DNA from: Capsulimonadaceae bacterium
GTDB taxonomy: Bacteria; Armatimonadota; Armatimonadia; Armatimonadales; Capsulimonadaceae
Direction: 5' to 3'
DNA: 64,000 nt
Assembly: GCA_965215505.1 (NCBI GenBank)
Contig: OZ244065.1
Coordinates: forward strand, 5,568,001 to 5,632,000
Shown here: in pieces, positions 47,069-56,754 of the stretch
How the letters are laid out: every line of letters begins with the position of its first letter
Position numbering within the stretch: the first letter of the stretch is position 1
Made by a program: the position numbers and the translations under genes
Notes under the pieces: generated by a model
The model's input: the letters and a program-made list of their open reading frames with translations, nothing else
Database searches by the model: none
Told to the model about the DNA's origin: nothing

Positions 47069-47937
47069 ACGGCGTACTGAACATTGACAAACCCGCCGGG
47101 ATGACCTCGCATGACGTCGTCGCCCGCGTCCGGCGCGTCGCGCATCTGAAGCGAGTCGGCCATGCGGGGACACTTGACCCGGACGCGACCGGGGTGCTGC
47201 TGGTGTGCCTCGGCGCGGCCACGCGCCTCTCGGACTTCCTGGCCGACGAGGGCAAGCAGTACCGGGCGACTCTGGCCCTGGGCGTGACGACGACGACCGA
47301 GGATGCGTCCGGGGAAGTGCTTACCCGTACAGACGCGAGCCACATCACCGCGTCGGATTTGGCCGCCGTCCTGCCGCGATTCCTCGGCGACGTGTCCCAA
47401 ATCCCGCCGATGGTGAGCGCGGTGCATCACGAGGGGCGGCGGCTGTATGAACTGGCGCGGGAGGGGGTGACAGTCGAGCGGGCAGCCCGGACGATTCGGA
47501 TTGACACGCTTACCATGGCCGACTTCGTGCCGGGCGAAGTGGCGACGGCAACTCTCGAAGTCTCGTGCGGCAAGGGGACCTACATCCGTACCCTCTGCGC
47601 CGATCTGGGCGCGGCACTCGGGGTGGGGGGGCACATGGCGACCCTGCGCCGGACGCGCGTCGGCGCGTTCGGGGTCGAGGCGGCGACGCCGCTGGCCGAC
47701 CTGGCCGAGGAGAACCTGCCGACCCTGCTGGTTTCGCCCGCCGACGCCCTGGACAGCCTGCCCGCCCACCGCGCCGACAACGACGCGGACGCGGACGCGA
47801 TCCGGCACGGGCGCGCTCTCCCCTCGCCCCTGCCGCCGGATACCGTCGCCCGCATCCTGGACGCGCAGGGCGCGCTCCTCGCGCTGGGCCGGGCGGACGG
47901 GGAACAACTCCGCCCGTTCAAGGTGTTCGCCTTGTGA
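47065..47937 (+). CDS. truB: tRNA pseudouridine(55) synthase
   Basis: DKPAGMTSHD, GHAGTLDP, CGKGTYIRTL, LRRT. Confidence 0.97.
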   Translation: MNGVLNIDKPAGMTSHDVVARVRRVAHLKRVGHAGTLDPDATGVLLVCLGAATRLSDFLADEGKQYRATLALGVTTTTEDASGEVLTRTDASHITASDLAAVLPRFLGDVSQIPPMVSAVHHEGRRLYELAREGVTVERAARTIRIDTLTMADFVPGEVATATLEVSCGKGTYIRTLCADLGAALGVGGHMATLRRTRVGAFGVEAATPLADLAEENLPTLLVSPADALDSLPAHRADNDADADAIRHGRALPSPLPPDTVARILDAQGALLALGRADGEQLRPFKVFAL

Positions 47938-48905
47938 TGACAGCCATGCGTACCATTTACCCGCTCCAAGACTCGCCGGAGACGCTGAAAGACACCGCCG
48001 TCGCCATCGGCGTCTTCGACGGCGTCCACCGGGGGCACCAGGAGATTCTAAAGCAGACCGTCCGCGAGGCCCGCTCGCAGGGGCTGACGCCGGTCGCGCT
48101 GACCTTCGACATCCACCCCACGGAACTTTTCGCCCCCCAGCAGTCGCCGCCCTACATCGCCTCGCTCTCGCAGCGGGTGGAACTCATGGAAGAGTTCGGC
48201 GGGGGGATCGAGGCCGTCGCCGTGGTCCGCTTCGACAAGGCTTTCGCGGGCCTGTCACCCGAAGCGTTCGTCGCGGACGTTCTGGAAGGGACGCTGGGCG
48301 CGCGCCACGTCCTGGTCGGCGCGGACTTCTGCTACGGGACACGCCGGTCGGGGTCAGTGACGACCCTGCTGCGCGACGGCGCGCGTAACGGCTTCGCCGT
48401 CACCGTCGTGCCGCCCATCCTCATCGGCGGCGAGCGCGTCAGCAGCACCCAGATACGCGGCCTGGTGGCGGGCGGCGACCTGCCCGCCGCAACGCACCTG
48501 CTGGGCCACCCGTTCGTCGTGCAGGGCGTCGTCGGCCACGGCAAGCGGCTCGGCAGGACACTGGGCTACCCGACCGCGAACCTCGTCCCGACGCAGCCCG
48601 GCCAGCTCCTGCCCGGCAACGGCGTTTATGCGGCCTATGCCCGATTGGCGGACGGGCGGACTGTGCGTGCCGCCGTCAGCGTCGGCACGAACCCGACGAC
48701 GGACACCGACGGGGGCCGCAAAGTGGAGGCGTTCCTGATGGACGGCTTCGCCGGGGACCTGTACGACCAGCCCTTCGCCCTGGACTTCCGGGAGAAGGTA
48801 CGGGACGAGCAGAAATTCGACGGCCTTGATGCTCTGGTTACGCAGATGGGCCGAGACGTTGTGGAAGTCGCGGCACTGCTCACGTTGCCGGGCGCTACTT
48901 TTTAG
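47937..48905 (+). CDS. ribF: Bifunctional riboflavin kinase / FAD synthetase
   Basis: GVFDGVHRGH, VSST, GRTLGYPTAN, GVYA, RDEQKF. Confidence 0.96.
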   Translation: MTAMRTIYPLQDSPETLKDTAVAIGVFDGVHRGHQEILKQTVREARSQGLTPVALTFDIHPTELFAPQQSPPYIASLSQRVELMEEFGGGIEAVAVVRFDKAFAGLSPEAFVADVLEGTLGARHVLVGADFCYGTRRSGSVTTLLRDGARNGFAVTVVPPILIGGERVSSTQIRGLVAGGDLPAATHLLGHPFVVQGVVGHGKRLGRTLGYPTANLVPTQPGQLLPGNGVYAAYARLADGRTVRAAVSVGTNPTTDTDGGRKVEAFLMDGFAGDLYDQPFALDFREKVRDEQKFDGLDALVTQMGRDVVEVAALLTLPGATF

Positions 48906-49659
48906 GCTTGCTCATCTGCACCATCTGACTGAGCATGAACGCCGGGGCGATCCGGCTCATCGTCTTCAGCACGTTGCTCAGGCCGGGTCGGATCTCCAGC
49001 CTCCCCGCCTCGATCCCGGCGATGGCCTGCTTCGCCAGAACCCCCACGTCCATCCCCTTCTGCCCCTTTAATTCCTCCGCGAACTCGCCCCGGAACAGCG
49101 GCGTCTCGACGCCGGGCGGGGCCAACTCGATCACGGTAACGCCCGTCCCGTCGAGCTGGACGCGCAGGGACTGTGTGAAGGAGTGGAGGGCGGCCTTCGT
49201 AGCGCAGTAGACCGGCGAGAGGGGCAATGGGATGAAGGCCAGGCCGGACGTCACGTTGACGATCAGGGGGGCCTTCTGGGTCTTGAGGTGCGGGAGGAAC
49301 TGCTGGATCATCCGCACCGGGCCGCTCAGGTTGGTCTCGATCTCGCGCGTCACGTCGCTCAGGCCGTGCTCCTGGTTGAGATTCAGGTTCCGCATGATGC
49401 CAGCGTTGTTGATGAGGGTGTCGAGGGCGGGGAAGCGCGCGAGTAGGGCGTCATGCAGCGCGGTGATGGCTTTCGGGTCGCTCACGTCGCTTTTGAAGGT
49501 GTGAACACCGGGCAGCGCCCGTTCGGCGGCGTCCAGCTTTTCCCGGTTTCGACCGGTGACGAGGACCGTGTTGCGCCGCTGGAGGAGCTGCTTCGCCAAC
49601 TCCAGGCCGATCCCGCTGGTTCCTCCGGTGATCAGGACGGTTCTGTTTTCTAGTTTCAT
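48895..49659 (-). CDS. SDR oxidoreductase (DltE-like)
   Basis: TGGTSGIG, NNAG, YCATKAALHS, ELAPP. Confidence 0.93.
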   Translation of the reverse strand: MKLENRTVLITGGTSGIGLELAKQLLQRRNTVLVTGRNREKLDAAERALPGVHTFKSDVSDPKAITALHDALLARFPALDTLINNAGIMRNLNLNQEHGLSDVTREIETNLSGPVRMIQQFLPHLKTQKAPLIVNVTSGLAFIPLPLSPVYCATKAALHSFTQSLRVQLDGTGVTVIELAPPGVETPLFRGEFAEELKGQKGMDVGVLAKQAIAGIEAGRLEIRPGLSNVLKTMSRIAPAFMLSQMVQMSKPKK

Positions 49660-49679
49660 GGCCCCTCTGCTTTCCGGGT

Positions 49680-49985
49680 TCAGACTTGCGGTCCGACCTC
49701 AAAGTCGAAGTCAATGACGCTCTCCAGGATCGGCTTCAGATGCGTCTCGATGACGGCGCGGTGGGCCTGGTGCGGGCCGTAGGCGTCGAACGAGGCCCGG
49801 TCGGAGAAGCGGATGACCAGGGCGTGCGTGTAGCCCTGCGCTTTGCCTGAGAAGTCGGCACCGCAGGCCAGGGACGCAATGCCTGGAATGCTGTCCTTCA
49901 GGGCGCGCAGACCTTCTATGCCTGCCCCGATCTGCTCGGCGGTTGCTTCGATCTTCCAGCGGAACAGTACGATGTGTTCGATCAT
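49680..49985 (-). CDS. Dabb family (stress-responsive A/B barrel) protein
   Basis: IEHIVLF, IPGI, GYTH, Y..H..H. Confidence 0.88.
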   Translation of the reverse strand: MIEHIVLFRWKIEATAEQIGAGIEGLRALKDSIPGIASLACGADFSGKAQGYTHALVIRFSDRASFDAYGPHQAHRAVIETHLKPILESVIDFDFEVGPQV

Positions 49986-50001
49986 GGTGTTCGTCCTTCC
50001 C

Positions 50002-50778
50002 TCATTCGCCCAGTCTTGAGGCAGACATGGCATCGTTCATCGTCTTGAAGAAGTCATCATAGCCGCCATTGGCCTCGGCGAAGCGCCGCGACTTCACCCG
50101 CTCCACGCAGATCTCGGTGGCCTCGGGCGAGTTCGTGAGGATGCTCATGGACTCGGCGATGTAGTCGGCCAGCGGCATCGCCATGGGGTCGTTGGCCTGG
50201 CGGTTCCCCATCAGACCTGTCTGCACATAGGGCGGGATGAGTTCCAGGACCTCGACCGAGGTATCCTGGAGCTGGTAGCGCAAGGATTGCGTGTAGGAGT
50301 GGAGCGCGGCCTTGGTCGCGGAGTAGGTCGGCGTCATCGCCAGCGGCATGAACGCCAGCCCGGACGTGACGTTCATGATCGTGGCGCGGGGCTGTTTCAG
50401 CAGAGCCGGCAGCAGGGCGGCCGTCAGGCGGATCGGGCCGAGCAGGTTGGTCGCGACCGTGGCTTCCATGTCGGCAAGCGGCTCCTGCTGGTCGAGCAGC
50501 TTCTCGTTCTTCATGACGCCTGCCATGTTGATGAGGACGTTGAGCCTAGGGTAGTCCTGGATCACCTGGGCGGCGAACGCACGGATGCTGCCCGCGTCCG
50601 CCATGTCCACCGTCAGGGATTCCATGCCGGGGTTGGCCCCGGTCGTCTCGTCCAGGCGGCTCTGCCCGCGCCCGGCGATGATGACCCGGTTGCCCAGCGT
50701 GTGGAAGGCTTCGGCCAGGCCGCGCCCGATGCCGGAGCCGCCGCCCGTGATGAGGATCGTGTTGTCAGTCATTTTCAT
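50002..50778 (-). CDS. SDR oxidoreductase (DltE-like)
   Basis: TGGGSGIG, YSATKAALHS, ELIPPYVQT. Confidence 0.93.
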   Translation of the reverse strand: MKMTDNTILITGGGSGIGRGLAEAFHTLGNRVIIAGRGQSRLDETTGANPGMESLTVDMADAGSIRAFAAQVIQDYPRLNVLINMAGVMKNEKLLDQQEPLADMEATVATNLLGPIRLTAALLPALLKQPRATIMNVTSGLAFMPLAMTPTYSATKAALHSYTQSLRYQLQDTSVEVLELIPPYVQTGLMGNRQANDPMAMPLADYIAESMSILTNSPEATEICVERVKSRRFAEANGGYDDFFKTMNDAMSASRLGE

Positions 50779-50803
50779 GCTTCTTCTCCTGTCTGTACTC
50801 GTG

Positions 50804-51391
50804 TCAGTGTCTTGGTCTGAGGCCGTTCAAAGTGAGTGACCAGACCTCTTTAAAGTCCGCGTCAATGTCGGGATGTGCCCACTCCGACGCGTGTGCGGGG
50901 TGGTGGAACCGGGCGGTCGCGCCCAGCACGGCGCGGCCCGTCGCCGCCGGGTCCTCGGCCTCAAACTCGCCGCGCGCCACGCCCTCCCGGATGATGCGCG
51001 CGACTTGGGCGGTAAGGTGGTCCATATGCTCCGCGACGACCTCCCGCGCCTCAGCCCCCAACTCGACATAGGTGGCGAACAGCTCGGGGTCATCAGCGAG
51101 CAGGCGGCGCTTGATCGTAATGAGTTCGCGCAGCCAGCGGTAAAGCCGCTCGGCGGACGTGGCCTCTTCGGCAATTACGGCTTCGAGAGGATCGTGAATC
51201 CGCGCCAGCCAGATTCGTGTGACGGCATCGCGCAGCTCGGCCTTGCTGGCGAAGTGCCGGTAGACACTGCCATGGCTGACCCCGAGGGCGCGCGCCACAT
51301 CAACGACGGTTGCCTTGCTCGGCCCAAAGCGCCGCAGAACATCCTCCGCCGCCTCTATTATCCGTTCGCGCGTCAGTGCCGTTTCGCTCAT
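50804..51391 (-). CDS. TetR-family transcriptional regulator
   Basis: ATVVDVARALGVSHGSVYRHFASK; start at MSETAL. Confidence 0.93.
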   Translation of the reverse strand: MSETALTRERIIEAAEDVLRRFGPSKATVVDVARALGVSHGSVYRHFASKAELRDAVTRIWLARIHDPLEAVIAEEATSAERLYRWLRELITIKRRLLADDPELFATYVELGAEAREVVAEHMDHLTAQVARIIREGVARGEFEAEDPAATGRAVLGATARFHHPAHASEWAHPDIDADFKEVWSLTLNGLRPRH

Positions 51392-51397
51392 GGCGTG

Positions 51398-51437
51398 ATT
51401 GTACCCTGACAAATGACAAAATACAACATATGTCAGA
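51398..51437 (-). promoter_or_regulatory. tetR promoter with candidate operator
   Basis: Minus-strand TACAAT (51403-51398) 6 nt before ATG; TGACA-AA-TGACA...TGTCA direct and inverted repeats. Confidence 0.55.
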
Positions 51438-51501
51438 TGATTTTCGCCGTCACTGGCGGCCCTGTAGGAGTATCTGCCGATGGGGCGGGGTATAAGGGGG
51501 C

Positions 51502-52701
51502 ATGGAAAAATGGACCCGCCTCCTCGTCATCATCGCGACCGTGCTGCTGCTCATCACGTTTTTGGGCGTCGGCATCCACATCGCGACTTATATCCACCAC
51601 ACGCTGCTCCTGTTCGCGCTGGGTGGACTGGTGGCCTATGCTCTCAGTCCCCTGGTGGAACGACTGAGCCGGACGCGGCTTTCACGGCCCCTGAGCGTCG
51701 CCGCCGTCTTCCTCGGCCTGTTCGTGATCTTCGGCCTGGGGGCATGGTTCCTGGAAGGCAAGCTGTCCAGCCAAGTCCAGGACATCCAGCAGAACTTCCC
51801 GCAGTACAAGCAGGCCGCCCTGGACCGGGCCGCCGACCTGGACCAGAAGCTGGCGGCGCGGCACGTCAAGTTCAGCCTGACCGACACGATTCAGCACCCG
51901 CCCGCCAACGTCGCCGCCTTCGGCGAGCGCGCTGGGAAGGAGGCTCTGCCGATCCTGCGCCGCTCGTTCACCGACGCCGCCGAGGCCGTCATCGTGCTGC
52001 TGATCGCCCTGTACTTCCTGATCTTTGCCCCAGACATGCGCGAGAAGTTTAACGGGATGCTGCCCGCCGACCTGGGCCGCCGGGCGGACCTGTGGGAAAC
52101 CGACGTCAGCCGCATTCTCGGCGGGTTCGTCAGCGGCCAGCTCATCATCGCGCTCATCATGGGGGCGGCGGCGGCCTTGGGCTGCCTCGCCATCGGTATC
52201 GGCCCGTGGCTGGTCATCGGGTTGTTCGTGGTGGTCGCATCGCTCATCCCCGTCTTCGGGCCGTACATCGGGGCGATCCCCGCCGTCCTAGTCGCCCTCA
52301 TCACTCCGACCCACATCCACAGCCCGGTCGGGGCGGCCATCGCCGTGGTGGTCCTGTTCGTGGTCATCAACGAGGTGGGCGGTAAGGTCCTGTATCCCAA
52401 GCTCGTCGGCAGCGCCCTCGGCCTGCACGAAGTCCTGGTCCTGTTCGTCCTGTTCGCGGGCCTGGAGATCAACGGCATCGTCGGAACGCTTTTCGCCGCC
52501 CCCATCGCGGCCCTGGCGATCGTGACCGTGGTTCACCTGTACCGGCTGTGGATGGACATGCCGGACGGCCTGATCTCCAATGCCAACCGCCGCGAGTCAA
52601 GGCAGAACGGTCAGATCGCACCGGCCCCGGCATCAGCGGAACCGGAAACGCAGGCGGACGACCGGAAGGCACGGGTGCCGCGCGAGTCGCAGGTTTCTTG
52701 A
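51502..52701 (+). CDS. AI-2E family transporter
   Basis: AYALSPLV, GFVSGQ, IPVFGPYIG, YPKLVG, G.LFAAP. Confidence 0.92.
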   Translation: MEKWTRLLVIIATVLLLITFLGVGIHIATYIHHTLLLFALGGLVAYALSPLVERLSRTRLSRPLSVAAVFLGLFVIFGLGAWFLEGKLSSQVQDIQQNFPQYKQAALDRAADLDQKLAARHVKFSLTDTIQHPPANVAAFGERAGKEALPILRRSFTDAAEAVIVLLIALYFLIFAPDMREKFNGMLPADLGRRADLWETDVSRILGGFVSGQLIIALIMGAAAALGCLAIGIGPWLVIGLFVVVASLIPVFGPYIGAIPAVLVALITPTHIHSPVGAAIAVVVLFVVINEVGGKVLYPKLVGSALGLHEVLVLFVLFAGLEINGIVGTLFAAPIAALAIVTVVHLYRLWMDMPDGLISNANRRESRQNGQIAPAPASAEPETQADDRKARVPRESQVS

Positions 52702-52720
52702 CAGAGTCCTTGAGTCGCGC

Positions 52721-52750
52721 TTGACACCGCGCACGCCGACCGGGTACACT
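52721..52750 (+). promoter_or_regulatory. rpsO promoter
   Basis: TTGACA - 18 bp - TACACT. Confidence 0.75.
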
Positions 52751-52798
52751 GTGCCGAATACACCAAGGTTTAAAACGTACAAGGGGGAAAAGAGCTAA

Positions 52799-53074
52799 AT
52801 GGCTCTGCTCAAAGAACAGAAAGAAGTCGTGATCGGCGACAACAAGACGCACGACGCGGACACTGGCTCGCCCGAGGTCCAGATCGCGCTGCTGAATGCG
52901 TCCATCAAGAACCTGACCGAGCATCTGAAAATGCATCGGCACGACAACCACACCACGCGCGGCCTGCTGGTGCAGATCGGCAAGCAGCGCCGCCTGCTGA
53001 ACTATCTGGCGGCCAAAGACATCAACCGCTACCGCGCGCTCGTCGCCAAGCTCGGCATCCGCAGCAAGCACTGA
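52799..53074 (+). CDS. rpsO: 30S ribosomal protein S15
   Basis: [27 protein letters not shown]. Confidence 0.98.
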   Translation: MALLKEQKEVVIGDNKTHDADTGSPEVQIALLNASIKNLTEHLKMHRHDNHTTRGLLVQIGKQRRLLNYLAAKDINRYRALVAKLGIRSKH

Positions 53075-53111
53075 AACCCGGTCCCGCTCGGCCACGACGC
53101 CCGGCGCGGCC

Positions 53112-53166
53112 CCAAAAGCAAATGCCTCCTGGCGACTTAAACCGCGCAGGGGGCGTTTTGTTTTGG
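53112..53166 (+). terminator. rpsO-pnp intergenic long hairpin (terminator or processing site)
   Basis: CCAAAAGCAAATGCCTCCTG...CAGGGGGCGTTTTGTTTTGG imperfect stem. Confidence 0.65.
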
Positions 53167-53222
53167 ACGGCGCAACATAGATTTCAACGGCGTAACGTAA
53201 ATGGAGAGATGAAAACAGACAC

Positions 53223-55646
53223 ATGGAACAATTTGTAGAGGCCGAATGGTGCGGTGCGACGCTTCGCATCAGCACCGGCAAACTCGCCCAGCAGGCCAAC
53301 GGCTCCGTCCTGCTCTCGAACGGCGACACGATGATCCTGGCGACCGCCACGATGTCCAAGGAGCCGAAGTCCCACCTCGATTTCTTCCCCCTCACCTGCG
53401 ACTATGAGGAGAGGAAGTACGCCAACGGCAAGATCCCCGGCGGCTTCATCAAGCGCGGCGGGCGTCCCGGCGAGAAGGCCACCCTCACCTGCCGCCTGAT
53501 CGACCGGCCCCTGCGCCCGCTGTTCCCCTACGGAATGCGGAACGAGACGCAGATCATCGCGATGCCGCTCTCGTACCAGCCCGAGTTCTCCCCCGACGTG
53601 CTTTCCGTCACCGCCGCCTCGGCCGCCCTGATGGTCTCCGACATCCCCTTCAACGGTCCCATCGGCTGCGTCCGCGTCGGCCTGGACGCTGAGGGCGCGT
53701 TCATCCTCAACCCGTCCTTCCCCGAGCAGCAGGAAAGCCCGCTCGACCTGATCGTCGCCGCCAGCGATGACGCCATCGCGATGGTCGAGGCCGGCGCGTC
53801 CGAGGTCAGCGAGGAGAAGATGCTCGAAGCCATGGACTTCGCGCACGAGGCCTGCCGGAAGCTCTGCGCCATGCAGCGCGAGCTGGCCGCCAAAGTGGGC
53901 AAGGCCAAGGCCGACGTTCCCCTGCACCATGTTCATGCCGAAATTCTTGGCGTCATCCAGGAGCGGTTCAACGCCACCCTGCGGGCGGGACTCCAGGACC
54001 CGGACAAGTCTTCCCGCGAGGCCGGCCTGACCCTGCTCATTAATCAGGTGGTGGAAGAGCTAAAGGGCGAGTACCCGGACAACATCGCCGACATCAAGGA
54101 GGCCGCCGATAAGGCCGTCAAGGACCAGCTCCGCGACCTCATCCTGACCGAAGGCAAGCGGCCCGACGGGCGCGGCACGACCGACATCCGCAAGATTGAC
54201 TGCGAGGTCGGCCTGCTCCCGCGCGTCCACGGCACGGGCCTGTTCACGCGCGGCCAGACCCAGGTGCTGACCACGCTCGTGCTCGGCTCGGGCGACGATG
54301 CTCAGATGGTGGATACGCTGGAAGAAGACAGCGAAAAGCACTACATGCACTTCTACAACTTCCCGCCCTACTCGGTCGGCGAAGCGCGCCCCATGCGCGG
54401 GCCGGGCCGCCGCGAGATCGGCCACGGCGCACTCGCCGAGCGCGCCCTGCGGGCGGTCATCCCCTCCCGCGAGACGTTCCCGTATACCATGCTGCTGACC
54501 TCGGAAGTGCTGGAGTCCAACGGCTCGACCTCGATGGGGTCCACCTGCGGTTCCACGCTGGCGCTCATGGACGCGGGCGTACCCATCAAAGCACCCGTCG
54601 CGGGCATCGCCATGGGCCTGATCGAAGGGCCGGAAGGCAGCGGCGAGGGTGGCACGGGCCGCAAGTACGCCGTCCTGACCGACATCCAGGGCATGGAAGA
54701 CTTCTCGGGCGACATGGACTTCAAGGTCGCCGGGACGGCCGAGGGCATCACCGCCTTGCAGCTCGACACCAAGATCGGCGGCGTCCCGCGCGCGGTCTTC
54801 GTGCAGGCCTTCCAGCAGGCGAAAGAGGCCCGGCTGTTCATCCTGGACAAGATCACGCAGGCCATCCCCGCGCCGCGCGAGAACCTGTCGCTGTACGCCC
54901 CGCGCATCTTCACGATCCAGATCGAGCCGGAGCAGATCGGCCTGGTCATCGGGCCGGGCGGCAAGACCATCAAGAAGATCACCGCCGACACCGGCGCGAA
55001 GATCGACATCGAGCAGGACGGAACGGTCTACATCGCCTCCGTTGATGGCGCGGCCGGCGAGGCCGCCCGCAAGGCGGTCGAGGACCTGACCCGGACGGTC
55101 AAGCCCGGCGACGAGTTCGAGGGGACGGTCGTCCGCTTCCTCCAGTTCGGCGCTTTTGTCGAGCTGATGCCCGGCAAGGACGGCCTGGTCCACGTCTCCC
55201 AGCTCACCGACTCGGACGAGCGGATCGGCAAGCCCGAGGACGTGGTCAAGATGGGCGACAAGATCAAGGTCCGTGTCACTGAAGTAGATGGGCAGGGGCG
55301 CGTCAACCTGACCGCGCGCGGCCTGGACCAGCCCTTCGACCCGGCCAACCCCGAGCCGGGCCGGCCCCCCCGCCCCGGCGGCGGTGGTGATCGCGGCGGA
55401 CGCCCCGGCGGCGACCGTGGCGGGGATCGCGGTGGGCGTGGCGGCGGCTTCGGCGGTGGAGATCGCGGCGGCAACGGCGGCGGACGCGGCAACTTCAGCC
55501 CAGACCGCTCCGAGAGCGCCGTCCGCGCCGAGCCTCCCAAGCCCGAAGGCACCGGCGATGTCGCGGCGGCAGCCCCCGCCGCCGATGCGCCCCTGGCCCA
55601 GTCGGACGACGAAGCCCCCCGCGCCCGGTTCCGGCCCAAGCGGTAA
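53223..55646 (+). CDS. pnp: Polyribonucleotide nucleotidyltransferase
   Basis: FFPLT, RLIDRPLRP, FTRGQTQ, RREIGHG, GDMDFKVAG, KH and S1 domains. Confidence 0.98.
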   Translation: MEQFVEAEWCGATLRISTGKLAQQANGSVLLSNGDTMILATATMSKEPKSHLDFFPLTCDYEERKYANGKIPGGFIKRGGRPGEKATLTCRLIDRPLRPLFPYGMRNETQIIAMPLSYQPEFSPDVLSVTAASAALMVSDIPFNGPIGCVRVGLDAEGAFILNPSFPEQQESPLDLIVAASDDAIAMVEAGASEVSEEKMLEAMDFAHEACRKLCAMQRELAAKVGKAKADVPLHHVHAEILGVIQERFNATLRAGLQDPDKSSREAGLTLLINQVVEELKGEYPDNIADIKEAADKAVKDQLRDLILTEGKRPDGRGTTDIRKIDCEVGLLPRVHGTGLFTRGQTQVLTTLVLGSGDDAQMVDTLEEDSEKHYMHFYNFPPYSVGEARPMRGPGRREIGHGALAERALRAVIPSRETFPYTMLLTSEVLESNGSTSMGSTCGSTLALMDAGVPIKAPVAGIAMGLIEGPEGSGEGGTGRKYAVLTDIQGMEDFSGDMDFKVAGTAEGITALQLDTKIGGVPRAVFVQAFQQAKEARLFILDKITQAIPAPRENLSLYAPRIFTIQIEPEQIGLVIGPGGKTIKKITADTGAKIDIEQDGTVYIASVDGAAGEAARKAVEDLTRTVKPGDEFEGTVVRFLQFGAFVELMPGKDGLVHVSQLTDSDERIGKPEDVVKMGDKIKVRVTEVDGQGRVNLTARGLDQPFDPANPEPGRPPRPGGGGDRGGRPGGDRGGDRGGRGGGFGGGDRGGNGGGRGNFSPDRSESAVRAEPPKPEGTGDVAAAAPAADAPLAQSDDEAPRARFRPKR

Positions 55647-55656
55647 GGCACAACAG

Positions 55657-55688
55657 AAAGGCCGTGGCAGCAATGCCACGGCCTTTTT
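55657..55688 (+). terminator. Intrinsic terminator after pnp
   Basis: AAAGGCCGTGGCA-GCAA-TGCCACGGCCTTTTT. Confidence 0.9.
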
Positions 55689-55740
55689 CGTCCGTGGGGG
55701 CGAAGAAGGATGGGGATGGGAGAGAGGGCGAGATCAAGAA

Positions 55741-55798
55741 GGGCGGGGGAACCCCGCCCCTACGCTATGACGATGTAGGGGCGCGATTCATCGCGCCC
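55741..55798. repeat. Divergent REP pair
   Basis: GGGCGGGGGAACCCCGCCCCTAC (55741-55763) + 11 nt + GTAGGGGCGCGATTCATCGCGCCC (55775-55798). Confidence 0.85.
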
Positions 55799-55864
55799 TC
55801 TTTCCCTCGTGTTCTCCTCTCTGTCCATGTCCTTTCTTCTATGCCCCTCCGAAAGAGGCAACCG

Positions 55865-56122
55865 ATGTCTTCAGCCAGTTACGCTCAGACGATGGCCGAC
55901 AAGAAGCAAATAGAGCAACAGGTAGACGCAGAGTTTGCCTTCGGTGAGTTGCTAGAGGCCAACGGGGTAGACCCAATCCTATTTATGAAGCAGTGGAAGC
56001 TGTCTCATCATCAGTTCAACACGCTCGCCCACTATCTCCACGGCGTCAACGATGAAGAGACTATTCTGCCGCCTGCGCTGAAGGCAATGCTGACGGCGAT
56101 GGAGACTCGGCGCGCGGCTTGA
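55865..56122 (+). CDS. Small hypothetical protein
   Basis: SD GAGG before ATG 55865; the upstream extension in the ORF track reads through terminator and REP DNA. Confidence 0.55.
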   Translation: MSSASYAQTMADKKQIEQQVDAEFAFGELLEANGVDPILFMKQWKLSHHQFNTLAHYLHGVNDEETILPPALKAMLTAMETRRAA

Positions 56123-56219
56123 AAGCGGTAACGCGAAACAACCGAGGTGGGAGCAGGAAAGCACCGGGGGGCACAGAATTATTCTCTGCCGCCTTTTCGC
56201 TTCGCTCCGGGCGTAAAAC

Positions 56220-56750
56220 ATGCAAGTGACGTATACACAGACTTCTGAGGAGTTGCGGCGGCGTTTCCTGCCTCCTACCCGTTTTCGAGAGCGCCTGGCA
56301 ATGCTGGGAACGCCGCTCCTGTTCTTTGCCGCCGCATGTCAAGCTGGCGTTGGGAAAGCCAGCCTCTGGGTTGCCGTTGCCGCCCTGTATGGAGTAGTGG
56401 TGGCTCTGTTCTGGATAGTGACAAAGTGCCTGGCACGGAAAGACGTTTCAACTGATTATCTCGTCGAAATCAACGAACTTGACTTCTCTGTGAAGGCTGT
56501 GGATAGTCCCGAACGACGTCATCCGTGGGCGCATGTTGGAAATGTCGCTGACGAGGGTGACTACATCGTGTTCACCTCAAATCGTGGGCAGAACCTAGCT
56601 GTCGTTCCTCAGTCTGCGTTTGCTGACAGCCATGCAAAAGCATTCTTTGAACAGTCGCGCCGGTATTGGGAGACTGCAAAAGAAAAGCAACGAGACGAGG
56701 CGCAAAGGGCTGAGGGGTCTTGGCCGCCCCCGCCGCACACCGGAGCCTGA
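56220..56750 (+). CDS. YcxB-like membrane protein with C-terminal WPPPP
   Basis: 2 TM; W..V..V.DE.DYI, VVPQSAF; lower GC. Confidence 0.7.
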   Translation: MQVTYTQTSEELRRRFLPPTRFRERLAMLGTPLLFFAAACQAGVGKASLWVAVAALYGVVVALFWIVTKCLARKDVSTDYLVEINELDFSVKAVDSPERRHPWAHVGNVADEGDYIVFTSNRGQNLAVVPQSAFADSHAKAFFEQSRRYWETAKEKQRDEAQRAEGSWPPPPHTGA

Positions 56751-56754
56751 ACCC

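Noticed and set aside
55664-55864. N-terminal extension of ORF 55664-56122
   Set aside because: It translates terminator and REP DNA (GGGTPPLR, VGARFIAP); the real start is more likely 55865
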